Below are positions 25,501-40,050 of a stretch of 64,000 nucleotides of DNA, one piece after another. Under the pieces are notes generated by a model, which saw nothing but the letters and a program-made list of their open reading frames with translations, was not told where the DNA came from and searched no databases. Position 1 is the stretch's first letter; every line of letters starts with the position of its first letter. Source of the DNA: the human T2T-CHM13v2.0 reference genome, Homo sapiens; NCBI RefSeq assembly GCF_009914755.1, contig NC_060934.1. One strand, 5' to 3'. Position numbers and translations under genes: made by a program.

Positions 25501-28500
25501 CTTTCTTAAATCGAGCAGTTTGGAAACACACTCTTTGTAAGTCTGCAGGTGGATATTTGGCCCTCATTGAGCCCTTCATTGGAAACGGGATTTCCTCATA
25601 TAATGCTAGACAGAAGAATTCTCAGTAACTTCTTTGTGTTGTTTGTATTCAACACACAGATTTGAACCTTCCTTTAGAGAGAGCAGATTTGAAACACTCT
25701 GTTTTTGGAATTTGCAAGTGCAGATTTCAAGCGCTTCTAGGCCTATGGCAGAAAAGGAAATATCTTCGTATAAAAACTACACAGAATCATTCTCAACAAC
25801 TACTTTGTGATGTGTGCGTTCAACTCACAGAGGTTAACCTTTCTTTTCATAGAGCAGTTTGGAAACACTCTGTTTGTAAAGCCTGCAAGTGCTTTTTTGG
25901 ACTTCATTGAGGCCTTCGTTGGAAACGGGATTTCTTCATATAATGCTAGACAGAAGAATTCTCAGTCACTTCTTTGTGTTGTGTGTATTCAAGTCACAGA
26001 GTTGAACCTTCCCTTAGACAGAGCAGTTTTGAAAAATTCTTTCTGTGGAATTTGCAAGTGGAGATTTCAAGCGATTTGAGGCTAATCTTTGAAATGGAAA
26101 TATCTTCGTGTAAAAACTACACAGAATCATTCTCAGAAACTGCTTTGTCATCTGTGCGTTCAGTTCACAGAGTTTCACCTTTCTCTTCATAGAGCAGTTT
26201 GGAAAGACTCTGTCTGTAAAGTCTGCAAGTGATTAGTTAGACCCCTTTGAGGCCTTCGTTGGAAGCGGGATTTCTCATTTACTGCTAGACAGAAGAATTC
26301 TCAGTAAATCCTTTGTGTTGTGTGTATTCAACTCACAGAGTGGAACCTTCCTTTATTCAGAGCAGTTTTGAAACACTCTTTTTGTGGAATTTGCAAGTGG
26401 AGATTTCAAGCGATTTGACGCCAATCTTAGACATGGAAATATCTTCATATTAAAAGTACACAGAATCATTCGTAGAAACTAGTTTGTGATGTGTGCCTTC
26501 AACTCACAGAGTTTAACCTTTCTTTTCATAGAGCAGTTCGGAAACATTCTATTTGTAAAGTCTGCAAGTGGATATTTGGACCTCTTTGAGGCCTTCGTTG
26601 GAAAAGGGATTTCTTCATATAACGCTAGACAGAAGAATTCTCAGTAACTTCTTTGTGTTGTGTGTATTCAACTCACAGAGTTGAACCTTTCTTTAGAGGG
26701 AGCAGAGGTGAAACACTCTTTTTGTGGAATTTGCTAGTGTAGATTTCAAACGCTTCGAAGACAGTGATAGAAAAGGATATATCTTCGTATTAAAAGTAGA
26801 CAAAATCATTCTCAGAAAACTCTTTGTGATGTGTGTGTTCAACTCACAGAGTTTAACCTTTCTTTAATCGAGCAGTTTGGAAATACACTCTTTGTAAGTC
26901 TGCAGGTGGATACTTGGCCCTCTTTGAGCCCATCGTTGGAAACGGGATTTCCTCATATAATGCTAGACAGAAGAATTCTCAGTAACTTCTTTGTGTTGTT
27001 TGTATTCAACACACAGATTTGAACCTTCCTTTAGAGAGAGCAGATTTGAAACACTCTGTTTTTGGAATTTGCAAGTGCAGATTTCAAGCGCTTCTAGGCC
27101 TATGGCAGAAAAGGAAATATCTTCGTATAAAAACTACACAGAATCATTCTCAACAACTACTTTGTGATGTGTGCGTTAAACTCACAGAGTTTAAACTTTC
27201 TTTTCATAGAGCAGTTTGGAAACACTCTGTTTGTAAAGCCTGCAAGTGCTTTTTTGGACTTCATTGAGGCCTTCGTTGGAAACGGGATTTCTTCATATAA
27301 TGCTAGACAGAAGAATTCTCAGTCACTTCTTTGTGTTGTGTGTATTCAAGTCACAGAGTTGAACCTTCTTTTAGACAGAGCAGTTTTGAAAAATTCTTTC
27401 TGTGGAATTTGCAAGTGGAGATTTCAAGCGATTTGAGGCTAATCTTTGAAATGGAAATATCTTCGTGTAAAAACTACACAGAATCATTCTCAGAAACTGC
27501 TTTGTCATCTGTGCGTTCAGTTCACAGAGTTTCACCTTTTTCTTCATAGAGCAGTTTGGAAAGACTCTGTCTGTAAAGTCTGCAAGTGATTAGTTAGAAC
27601 CCTTTGAGGCCTTCGTTGGAAGCGGGATTTCTCATTTACTGCTAGACAGAAGAATTCTCAGTAAATCCTTTGTGTTGTGTGTATTCAACTCACAGAGTGG
27701 AACCTTCCTTTATTCAGAGCAGTTTTGAAACACTCTTTTTGTGGAATTTGCAAGTGGAGATTTCAAGCGATTTGACACCAATCTTAGACATGGAAATATC
27801 TTCATATTAAAAGTACACAGAGTCATTCGTAGAAACTAGTTTGTGATGTGTGCCTTCAACTCACAGAGTTTAACCTTTCTTTTCATAGAGCAGTTGGGAA
27901 ACACTCTATTTGTAAAGTCTGCAAGTGGATATTTGGACCTCTTTGAGGCCTTCGTTGGAAACGGGATTTCTTCATATAACGCTAGACAGAAGAATTCTCA
28001 GTAACTTCTTTGTGTTGAGTGTATTCAACTCACAGAGTTGAACCTTTCTTTAGAGGGAGCAGAGGTGAAACACTCTTTTTGTGGAATTTGCTAGTGTAGA
28101 TTTCAAACGCTTCGAAGACAGTGATAGAAAAGGATATATCTTCGTATTAAAAGTAGACAAAATCATTGTCAAAAAACTCTTTGTGATGTGTGTGTTCAAC
28201 TCACAGAGTTTAACCTTTCTTTAATCGAGCAGTTTGGAAATACACTCTTTGTAACTCTGCAGGTGGATATTTGGCCCTCTTTGAGCCCTTCTTTGGAAAC
28301 GGGATTTCCTCTTATAATGCTAGACAGAAGAATTCTCAGTAACTTCTCTGTGTTGTTTGTATTCAACACACAGATTTGAACCTTCCTTTAGAGAGAGCAG
28401 TTTTGAAACACTCTGTTTTTGGAATTTGCAAGTGCAGATTTCAAGCGCTTCTAGGCCTATGGCCGAAAAGGAAATATCTTCGTATAAAAACTACACAGAA

Positions 28501-31500
28501 TCATTCTCAACAACTACTTTGTGCTGTGTGCGTTCAACTCACAGAGTTTAACCTTTCTTTTCATAGAGCAGTTTGGAAACACTCTGTTTGTAAAGCCTGC
28601 AAGTGCTTTTTTGGACTTCATTGAGGCCTTCGTTGGAAACGGGATTTCTTCATACAACGCTAGACAGAAGAATTCTCAGTAACTTCTTTGTGTTGTGTGT
28701 ATTCAACTCACAGAGTTGAACCTTTCTTTAGAGAGAGCAGAGTTGAAACACTCTGTTTTTGGAATTTGCAAGTGCAGATTTCAAGCGATTCTAGGCCTAT
28801 GGCAGAAAAGGAAATATCTTCGTATAAAAACTACACAGAATCATTCTCAACAACTACTTTGTGATGTGTGCGTTCAACTCACAGAGGTTAACCTTTCTTT
28901 TCATAGAGCAGTTTGGAAACACTCTGTTTGTAAAGCCTGCAAGTGCTTTTTTGGACTTCATTGAGGCCTTCGTTGGAAACGGGATTTCTTCATATAATGC
29001 TAGACAGAAGAATTCTCAGTCACTTCTTTGTGTTGTGTGTATTCAAGTCACAGAGTTGAACCTTCCTTTAGACAGAGCAGTTTTGAAAAATTCTTTCTGT
29101 GGAGTTTGCAAGTGGAGATTTCAAGCGATTTGAGGCTAATCTTTGAAATGGAAATATCTTCGTGTAAAAACTACACAGAATCATTCTCAGAAACTGCTTT
29201 GTCATCTGTGCGTTCAGTTCACAGAGTTTCACCTTTCTCTTCATAGAGCAGTTTGGAAAGACTCTGTCTGTAAAGTCTGCAAGTGATTAGTTAGACCCCT
29301 TTGAGGCCTTCGTTGGAAGCGGGATTTCTCATTTACTGCTAGACAGAAGAATTCTCAGTAAATCCTTTGTGTTGTGTGTATTCAACTGACAGAGTGGAAC
29401 CTTCCTTTATTCAGAGCAGTTTTGAAAAACACTTTTTGTGGAATTTGCAAGTGGAGATTTCAAGCGATTTGACGCCAATCTTAGACATGGAAATATCTTC
29501 ATATTAAAAGTACACAGAGTCATTCGTAGAAACTAGTTTGTGATGTGTGCCTTCAACTCACAGAGTTTAACCTTTCTTTTCATAGAGCAGTTCGGAAACA
29601 TTCTATTTGTAAAGTCTGCAAGTGGATATTTGGACCTCTTTGAGGCCTTCGTTGGAAAAGGGATTTCTTCATATAACGCTAGACAGAAGAATTCTCAGTA
29701 ACTTCTTTGTGTTGTGTGTATTCAACTCACAGAGTTGAACCTTTCTTTAGAGAGAGCAGAGGTGAAACACTCTTTTTGTGGAATTTGCTAGTGTAGATTT
29801 CAAACGCTTCGAAGACAGTGATAGAAAAGGATATATCTTCGTATTAAAAGTAGACAAAATCATTCTCAGAAAACTCTTTGTGATGTGTGTGTTCAACTCA
29901 CAGAGTTTAACCTTTCTTTAATCGAGCAGTTTGGAAATACACTCTTTGTAAGTCTGCAGGTGGATATTTGGCCCTCTTTGAGCCCATCGTTGGAAACGGG
30001 ATTTCCTCATATAATGCTAGACAGAAGAATTCTCAGTAACTTCTTTGTGTTGTTTGTATTCAACACACAGATTTGAACCTTCCTTTAGAGAGAGCAGATT
30101 TGAAACACTCTGTTTTTGGAATTTGCAAGTGCAGATTTCAAGCGCTTCTAGGCCTATGGCAGAAAAGGAAATATCTTCGTATAAAAACTACACAGAATCA
30201 TTCTCAACAACTACTTTGTGATGTGTGCGTTAAACTCACAGAGTTTAAACTTTCTTTTCATAGAGCAGTTTGGAAACACTCTGTTTGTAAAGCCTGCAAG
30301 TGCTTTTTTGGACTTCATTGAGGCCTTCGTTGGAAACGGGATTTCTTCATATAATGCTAGACAGAAGAATTCTCAGTCACTTCTTTGTGTTGTGTGTATT
30401 CAAGTCACAGAGTTGAACCTTCTTTTAGACAGAGCAGTTTTGAAAAATTCTTTCTGTGGAATTTGCAAGTGGAGATTTCAAGCGATTTGAGGCTAATCTT
30501 TGAAATGGAAATATCTTCGTGTAAAAACTACACAGAATCATTCTCAGAAACTGCTTTGTCATCTGTGCGTTCAGTTCACAGGGTTTCACCTTTTTCTTCA
30601 TAGAGCAGTTTGGAAAGACTCTGTCTGTAAAGTCTGCAAGTGATTAGTTAGAACCCTTTGAGGCCTTCGTTGGAAGCGGGATTTCTCATTTACTGCTAGA
30701 CAGAAGAATTCTCAGTAAATCCTTTGTGTTGTGTGTATTCAACTCACAGAGTGGAACCTTCCTTTATTCAGAGCAGTTTTGAAACACTCTTTTTGTGGAA
30801 TTTGCAAGTGGAGATTTCAAGCGATTTGACGCCAATCTTAGACATGGAAATATCTTCATATTAAAAGTACACAGAGTCATTCGTAGAAACTAGTTTGTGA
30901 TGTGTGCCTTCAACTCACAGAGTTTAACCTTTCTTTTCATAGAGCAGTTGGGAAACACTCTATTTGTAAAGTCTGCAAGTGGATATTTGGACCTCTTTGA
31001 GGCCTTCGTTGGAAACGGGATTTCTTCATATAACGCTAGACAGAAGAATTCTCAGTAACTTCTTTGTGTTGAGTGTATTCAACTCACAGAGTTGAACCTT
31101 TCTTTAGAGGGAGCAGAGGTGAAACACTCTTTTTGTGGAATTTGCTAGTGTAGATTTCAAACGCTTCGAAGACAGTGATAGAAAAGGATATATCTTCGTA
31201 TTAAAAGTAGACAAAATCATTGTCAAAAAACTCTTTGTGATGTGTGTGTTCAACTCACAGAGTTTAACCTTTCTTTAATCGAGCAGTTTGGAAATACACT
31301 CTTTGTAAGTCTGCAGGTGGATATTTGGCCCTCTTTGAGCCCTTCTTTGGAAACGGGATTTCCTCTTATAATGCTAGACAGAAGAATTCTCAGTAACTTC
31401 TCTGTGTTGTTTGTATTCAACACACAGATTTGAACCTTCCTTTAGAGAGAGCAGTTTTGAAACACTCTGTTTTTGGAATTTGCAAGTGCAGATTTCAAGC

Positions 31501-34500
31501 GCTTCTAGGCCTATGGCCGAAAAGGAAATATCTTCGTATAAAAACTACACAGAATCATTCTCAACAACTACTTTGTGCTGTGTGCGTTCAACTCACAGAG
31601 TTTAACCTTTCTTTTCATAGAGCAGTTTGGAAACACTCTGTTTGTAAAGCCTGCAAGTGCTTTTTTGGACTTCATTGAGGCCTTCGTTGCAAACGGGATT
31701 TCTTCATACAACGCTAGACAGAAGAATTCTCAGTAACTTCTTTGTGTTGTGTGTATTCAACTCACAGAGTTGAACCTTTCTTTAGAGAGAGCAGAGTTGA
31801 AACACTCTGTTTTTGGAATTTGCAAGTGCAGATTTCAAGCGATTCTAGGCCTACGGCAGAAAAGGAAATATCTTCGTATAAAAACTACACAGAATCATTC
31901 TCAACAACTACTTTGTGATGTGTGCGTTCAACTCACAGAGTTTAACCTTTCTTTTCATAGAGCAGTTTGGAAACACTCTGTTTGTAAAGCCTGCAAGTGC
32001 TTTTTTGGACTTCATTGAGGCCTTCGTTGGAAACGGGATTTCTTCATATAATGCTAGACAGAAGAATTCTCAGTCACTTCTTTGTGTTGTGTGTATTCAA
32101 GTCACAGAGTTGAACCTTCCTTTAGACAGAGCAGTTTTGAAAAATTCTTTCTGTGGAATTTGCAAGTGGAGATTTCAAGCGATTTGAGGCTAATCTTTGA
32201 AATGGAAATATCTTCGTGTAAAAACTACACAGAATCATTCTCAGAAACTGCTTTGTCATCTGTGCGTTCAGTTCACAGAGTTTCACCTTTCTCTTCATAG
32301 AGCAGTTTGGAAAGACTCTGTCTGTAAAGTCTGCAAGTGATTAGTTAGACCCCTTTGAGGCCTTCGTTGGAAGCGGGATTTCTCATTTACTGCTAGACAG
32401 AAGAATTCTCAGTAAATCCTTTGTGTTGTGTGTATTCAACTCACAGAGTGGAACCTTCCTTTATTCAGAGCAGTTTTGAAACACTCTTTTTGTGGAATTT
32501 GCAAGTGGAGATTTCAAGCGATTTGACGCCAATCTTAGACATGGAAATATCTTCATATTAAAAGTACACAGAGTCATTCGTAGAAACTAGTTTGTGATGT
32601 GTGCCTTCAACTCACAGAGTTTAACCTTTCTTTTCATAGAGCAGTTGGGAAACACTCTATTTGTAAAGTCTGCAAGTGGATATTTGGACCTCTTTGAGGC
32701 CTTCGTTGGAAACGGGATTTCTTCATATAACGCTAGACAGAAGAATTCTCAGTAACTTCTTTGTGTTGTGTGTATTCAACTCACAGAGTTGAACCTTTCT
32801 TTAGAGGGAGCAGAGGTGAAACACTCTTTTTGTGGAATTTGCTAGTGTAGATTTCAAACGCTTCGAAGACAGTGATAGAAAAGGATATATCTTCGTATTA
32901 AAAGTAGACAAAATCATTCTCAGAAAACTCTTTGTGATGTGTGTGTTCAACTCACAGAGTTTAACCTTTCTTTAATCGAGCAGTTTGGAAATACACTCTT
33001 TGTAAGTCTGCAGGTGGATATTTGGCCCTCTTTGAGCCCTTCGTTGGAAACGGGATTTCCTCATATAATGCTAGACAGAAGAATTCTCAGTAACTTCTTT
33101 GTGTTGTTTGTATTCAACACACAGATTTGAACCTTCCTTTAGAGAGAGCAGATTTGAAACACTCTGTTTTTGGAATTTGCAAGTGCAGATTTCAAGCGCT
33201 TCTAGGCCTATGGCAGAAAAGGAAATATCTTCGTATAAAAACTACACAGAATCATTCTCAACAACTACTTTGTGATGTGTGCGTTCAACTCACAGAGGTT
33301 AACCTTTCTTTTCATAGAGCAGTTTGGAAACACTCTGTTTGTAAAGCCTGCAAGTGCTTTTTTGGACTTCATTGAGGCCTTCGTTGGAAACGGGATTTCT
33401 TCATATAATGCTAGACAGAAGAATTCTCAGTCACTTCTTTGTGTTGTGTGTATTCAAGTCACAGAGTTGAACCTTCCTTTAGACAGAGCAGTTTTGAAAA
33501 ATTCTTTCTGTGGAGTTTGCAAGTGGAGATTTCAAGCGATTTGAGGCTAATCTTTGAAATGGAAATATCTTCGTGTAAAAACTACACAGAATCATTCTCA
33601 GAAACTGCTTCGTCATCTGTGCGTTCAGTTCACAGAGTTTCACCTTTCTCTTCATAGAGCAGTTTGGAAAGACTCTGTCTGTAAAGTCTGCAAGTGATTA
33701 GTTAGACCCCTTTGAGGCCTTCGTTGGAAGCGGGATTTCTCATTTACTGCTAGACAGAAGAATTCTCAGTAAATCCTTTGTGTTGTGTGTATTCAACTGA
33801 CAGAGTGGAACCTTCCTTTATTCAGAGCAGTTTTGAAAAACACTTTTTGTGGAATTTGCAAGTGGAGATTTCAAGCGATTTGACGCCAATCTTAGACATG
33901 GAAATATCTTCATATTAAAAGTACACAGAGTCATTCGTAGAAACTAGTTTGTGATGTGTGCCTTCAACTCACAGAGTTTAACCTTTCTTTTCATAGAGCA
34001 GTTTGGAAACACTCTATTTGTAAAGTCTGCAAGTGGATATTTGGACCTCTTTGAGGCCTTCGTTGGAAACGGGATTTCTTCATACAACGCTAGACAGAAG
34101 AATTCTCAGTAACTTCTTTGTGTTGTGTGTATTCAACTCACAGAGTTGAATCTTTCTTTAGAGAGAGCAGAGTTGAAACACTCTGTTTTTGGAATTTGCA
34201 AGTGCAGATTTCAAGCGATTCTAGGCCTATGGCAGAAAAGGAAATATCTTCGTATAAAAACTACACAGAATCATTCTCAACAACTACTTCGTGATGTGTG
34301 CGTTCAACTCACAGAGTTTAACCTTTCTTTTCATAGAGCAGTTTGGAAACACTCTGTTTGTAAAGCCTGCAAGTGCTTTTTTGGACTTCATTGAGGCCTT
34401 CGTTGGAAACGGGATTTCTTCATATAATGCTAGACAGAAGAATTCTCAGTCACTTCTTTGTGTTGTGTGTATTCAAGTCACAGAGTTGAACCTTCCTTTA

Positions 34501-36655
34501 GACAGAGCAGTTTTGAAAAATTCTTTCTGTGGAGTTTGCAAGTGGAGATTTCCAGCGATTTGAGGCTAATCTTTGAAATGGAAATATCTTCGTGTAAAAA
34601 CTACACAGAATCATTCTCAGAAACTGCTTTGTCATCTGTGCGTTCAGTTCACAGAGTTTCACCTTTCTCTTCATAGAGCAGTTTGGAAAGACTCTGTCTG
34701 TAAAGTCTGCAAGTGATTAGTTAGACCCCTTTGAGGCCTTCGTTGGAAGCGGGATTTCTCATTTACTGCTAGACAGAAGAATTCTCAGTAAATCCTTTGT
34801 GTTGTGTGTATTCAACTCACAGAGTGGAACCTTCCTTTATTCAGAGCAGTTTTGAAAAACACTTTTTGTGGAATTTGCAAGTGGAGATTTCAAGCGATTT
34901 GACGCCAATCTTAGACATGGAAATATCTTCATATTAAAAGTACACAGAGTCATTCGTAGAAACTAGTTTGTGATGTGTGCCTTCAACTCACAGAGTTTAA
35001 CCTTTCTTTTCATAGAGCAGTTTGGAAACACTCTATTTGTAAAGTCTGCAAGTGGATATTTGGACCTCTTTGAGGCCTTCGTTGGAAACGGGATTTCTTC
35101 ATACAACGCTAGACAGAAGAATTCTCAGTAACTTCTTTGTGTTGTGTGTATTCAACTCACAGAGTTGAACCTTTCTTTAGAGAGAGCAGAGTTGAAACAC
35201 TCTGTTTTTGGAATTTGCAAGTGCAGATTTCAAGCGATTCTAGGCCTATGGCAGAAAAGGAAATATCTTCGTATAAAAACTACACAGAATCATTCTCAAC
35301 AACTACTTTGTGATGTGTGCGTTCAACTCACAGAGTTTAACCTTTCTTTTCATAGAGCAGTTTGGAAACACTCTGTTTGTAAAGCCTGCAAGTGCTTTTT
35401 TGGACTTCATTGAGGCCTTCGTTGGAAACGGGATTTCTTCATATAATGCTAGACAGAAGAATTCTCAGTCACTTCTTTGTGTTGTGTGTATTCAAGTCAC
35501 AGAGTTGAACCTTCCTTTAGACAGAGTAGTTTTGAAAAATTCTTTCTGTGGAGTTTGCAAGTGGAGATTTCAAGCGATTTGAGGCTAATCTTTGAAATGG
35601 AAATATCTTCGTGTAAAAACTACACAGAATCATTCTCAGAAACTGCTTTGTCATCTGTGCGTTCAGTTCACAGAGTTTCACCTTTCTCTTCATAGAGCAG
35701 TTTGGAAAGACTCTGTCTGTAAAGTCTGCAAGTGATTAGTTAGACCCCTTTGAGGCCTTCGTTGGAAGCGGGATTTCTCATTTACTGCTAGACAGAAGAA
35801 TTCTCAGTAAATCCTTTGTGTTGTGTGTATTCAACTGACAGAGTGGAACCTTCCTTTATTCAGAGCAGTTTTGAAAAACACTTTTTGTGGAATTTGCAAG
35901 TGGAGATTTCAAGCGATTTGACGCCAATCTTAGACATGGAAATATCTTCATATTAAAAGTACACAGAGTCATTCGTAGAAACTAGTTTGTGATGTGTGCC
36001 TTCAACTCACAGAGTTTAACCTTTCTTTTCATAGAGCAGTTTGGAAACACTCTATTTGTAAAGTCTGCAAGTGGATATTTGGACCTCTTTGAGGCCTTCG
36101 TTGGAAACGGGATTTCTTCATACAACGCTAGACAGAAGAATTCTCAGTAACTTCTTTGTGTTGTGTGTATTCAACTCACAGAGTTGAACCTTTCTTTAGA
36201 GAGAGCAGAGTTGAAACACTCTGTTTTTGGAATTTGCAAGTGCAGATTTCAAGCGATTCTAGGCCTATGGCAGAAAAGGAAATATCTTCGTATAAAAACT
36301 ACACAGAATCATTCTCAAAAACTACTTTGTGATGTGTGCGTTCAACTCACAGAGTTTAACCTTTCTTTTCATAGAGCAGTTTGGAAACACTCTGTTAGTA
36401 AAGCCAGCAAGTGCTTTTTTGGACTTCATTGAGGCCTTCGTTGGAAACGGGATTTCTTCATATAATGCTAGACAGAAGAATTCTCAGTCACTTCTTTGTG
36501 TTGTGTGTATTCAAGTCACAGAGTTGAACCTTCCTTTAGACAGAGCAGTTTTGAAAAATTCTTTCTGTGGAGTTTGCAAGGGGAGATTTCCAGCGATTTG
36601 AGGCTAATCTTTGAAATGGAAATATCTTCGTGTAAAAACTACACAGAATCATTCT

Positions 36656-38012
36656 CAGAAACTGCTTTGTCATCTGTGCGTTCAGTTCACAGAGTTTCAC
36701 CTTTCTCTTCATAGAGCAGTTTGGAAAGACTCTGTCTGTAAAGTCTGCAAGTGATTAGTTAGACCCCTTTGAGGCCTTCGTTGGAAGCGGGATTTCTCAT
36801 TTACTGCTAGACAGAAGAATTCTCAGTAAATCCTTTGTGTTGTGTGTATTCAACTCACAGAGTGGAACCTTCCTTTATTCAGAGCAGTTTTGAAACACTC
36901 TTTTTGTGGAATTTGCAAGTGGAGATTTCAAGCGATTTGACGCCAATCTTAGACATGGAAATATCTTCATATTAAAAGTACACAGAGTCATTCGTAGAAA
37001 CTAGTTTGTGATGTGTGCCTTCAACTCACAGAGTTTAACCTTTCTTTTCATAGAGCAGTTGGGAAACACTCTATTTGTAAAGTCTGCAAGTGGATATTTG
37101 GACCTCTTTGAGGCCTTCGTTGGAAACGGGATTTCTTCATATAACGCTAGACAGAAGAATTCTCAGTAACTTCTTTGTGTTGTGTGTATTCAACTCACAG
37201 AGTTGAACCTTTCTTTAGAGGGAGCAGAGGTGAAACACTCTTTTTGTGGAATTTGCTAGTGTAGATTTCAAACGCTTCGAAGACAGTGATAGAAAAGGAT
37301 ATATCTTCGTATTAAAAGTAGACAAAATCATTCTCAGAAAACTCTTTGTGATGTGTGTGTTCAACTCACAGAGTTTAACCTTTCTTTAATCGAGCAGTTT
37401 GGAAATACACTCTTTGTAAGTCTGCAGGTGGATATTTGGCCCTCTTTGAGCCCTTCGTTGGAAACGGGATTTCCTCATATAATGCTAGACAGAAGAATTC
37501 TCAGTAACTTCTTTGTGTTGTTTGTATTCAACACACAGATTTGAACCTTCCTTTAGAGAGAGCAGATTTGAAACACTCTGTTTTTGGAATTTGCAAGTGC
37601 AGATTTCAAGCGCTTCTAGGCCTATGGCAGAAAAGGAAATATCTTCGTATAAAAACTACACAGAATCATTCTCAACAACTACTTTGTGATGTGTGCGTTC
37701 AACTCACAGAGGTTAACCTTTCTTTTCATAGAGCAGTTTGGAAACACTCTGTTTGTAAAGCCTGCAAGTGCTTTTTTGGACTTCATTGAGGCCTTCGTTG
37801 GAAACGGGATTTCTTCATATAATGCTAGACAGAAGAATTCTCAGTCACTTCTTTGTGTTGTGTGTATTCAAGTCACAGAGTTGAACCTTCCTTTAGACAG
37901 AGCAGTTTTGAAAAATTCTTTCTGTGGAGTTTGCAAGTGGAGATTTCAAGCGATTTGAGGCTAATCTTTGAAATGGAAATATCTTCGTGTAAAAACTACA
38001 CAGAATCATTCT
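36656..38012 (+). repeat. Representative canonical 8-mer HOR (1357 bp; M1-M8)
   Basis: Monomer starts: M1 cagaaactgctttgtcatc, M2 cagtaaatcc, M3 tagaaactag, M4 (gagggagcagaggtg, gctagtgtag), M5 cagaaaactc (PstI ctgcag), M6 (gttgtttgta, gcgcttctagg), M7 caacaactac, M8 cagtcacttc. Other 8-mers start at 2038, 5092, 9843, 11200, 13576 (1356 bp), 24777, 26134, 29188, 32242, 44125, 49216, 53967 and 55324. Confidence 0.95.
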
Positions 38013-40050
38013 CAGAAACTGCTTTGTCATCTGTGCGTTCAGTTCACAGAGTTTCACCTTTCTCTTCATAGAGCAGTTTGGAAAGACTCTGTCTGTAAAG
38101 TCTGCAAGTGATTAGTTAGACCCCTTTGAGGCCTTCGTTGGAAGCGGGATTTCTCATTTACTGCTAGACAGAAGAATTCTCAGTAAATCCTTTGTGTTGT
38201 GTGTATTCAACTCACAGAGTGGAACCTTCCTTTATTCAGAGCAGTTTTGAAAAACACTTTTTGTGGAATTTGCAAGTGGAGATTTCAAGCGATTTGACGC
38301 CAATCTTAGACATGGAAATATCTTCATATTAAAAGTACACAGAGTCATTCGTAGAAACTAGTTTGTGATGTGTGCCTTCAACTCACAGAGTTTAACCTTT
38401 CTTTTCATAGAGCAGTTTGGAAACACTCTATTTGTAAAGTCTGCAAGTGGATATTTGGACCTCTTTGAGGCCTTCGTTGGAAACGGGATTTCTTCATACA
38501 ACGCTAGACAGAAGAATTCTCAGTAACTTCTTTGTGTTGTGTGTATTCAACTCACAGAGTTGAACCTTTCTTTAGAGAGAGCAGAGTTGAAACACTCTGT
38601 TTTTGGAATTTGCAAGTGCAGATTTCAAGCGATTCTAGGCCTATGGCAGAAAAGGAAATATCTTCGTATAAAAACTACACAGAATCATTCTCAACAACTA
38701 CTTTGTGATGTGTGCGTTCAACTCACAGAGTTTAACCTTTCTTTTCATAGAGCAGTTTGGAAACACTCTGTTTGTAAAGCCTGCAAGTGCTTTTTTGGAC
38801 TTCATTGAGGCCTTCGTTGGAAACGGGATTTCTTCATATAATGCTAGACAGAAGAATTCTCAGTCACTTCTTTGTGTTGTGTGTATTCAAGTCACAGAGT
38901 TGAACCTTCCTTTAGACAGAGCAGTTTTGAAAAATTCTTTCTGTGGAGTTTGCAAGTGGAGATTTCAAGCGATTTGAGGCTAATCTTTGAAATGGAAATA
39001 TCTTCGTGTAAAAACTACACAGAATCATTCTCAGAAACTGCTTTGTCATCTGTGCGTTCAGTTCACAGAGTTTCACCTTTCTCTTCATAGAGCAGTTTGG
39101 AAAGACTCTGTCTGTAAAGTCTGCAAGTGATTAGTTAGACCCCTTTGAGGCCTTCGTTGGAAGCGGGATTTCTCATTTACTGCTAGACAGAAGAATTCTC
39201 AGTAAATCCTTTGTGTTGTGTGTATTCAACTGACAGAGTGGAACCTTCCTTTATTCAGAGCAGTTTTGAAAAACACTTTTTGTGGAATTTGCAAGTGGAG
39301 ATTTCAAGCGATTTGACGCCAATCTTAGACATGGAAATATCTTCATATTAAAAGTACACAGAGTCATTCGTAGAAACTAGTTTGTGATGTGTGCCTTCAA
39401 CTCACAGAGTTTAACCTTTCTTTTCATAGAGCAGTTTGGAAACACTCTATTTGTAAAGTCTGCAAGTGGATATTTGGACCTCTTTGAGGCCTTCGTTGGA
39501 AACGGGATTTCTTCATACAACGCTAGACAGAAGAATTCTCAGTAACTTCTTTGTGTTGTGTGTATTCAACTCACAGAGTTGAACCTTTCTTTAGAGAGAG
39601 CAGAGTTGAAACACTCTGTTTTTGGAATTTGCAAGTGCAGATTTCAAGCGATTCTAGGCCTATGGCAGAAAAGGAAATATCTTCGTATAAAAACTACACA
39701 GAATCATTCTCAACAACTACTTTGTGATGTGTGCGTTCAACTCACAGAGTTTAACCTTTCTTTTCATAGAGCAGTTTGGAAACACTCTGTTAGTAAAGCC
39801 AGCAAGTGCTTTTTTGGACTTCATTGAGGCCTTCGTTGGAAACGGGATTTCTTCATATAATGCTAGACAGAAGAATTCTCAGTCACTTCTTTGTGTTGTG
39901 TGTATTCAAGTCACAGAGTTGAACCTTCCTTTAGACAGAGCAGTTTTGAAAAATTCTTTCTGTGGAGTTTGCAAGGGGAGATTTCCAGCGATTTGAGGCT
40001 AATCTTTGAAATGGAAATATCTTCGTGTAAAAACTACACAGAATCATTCT

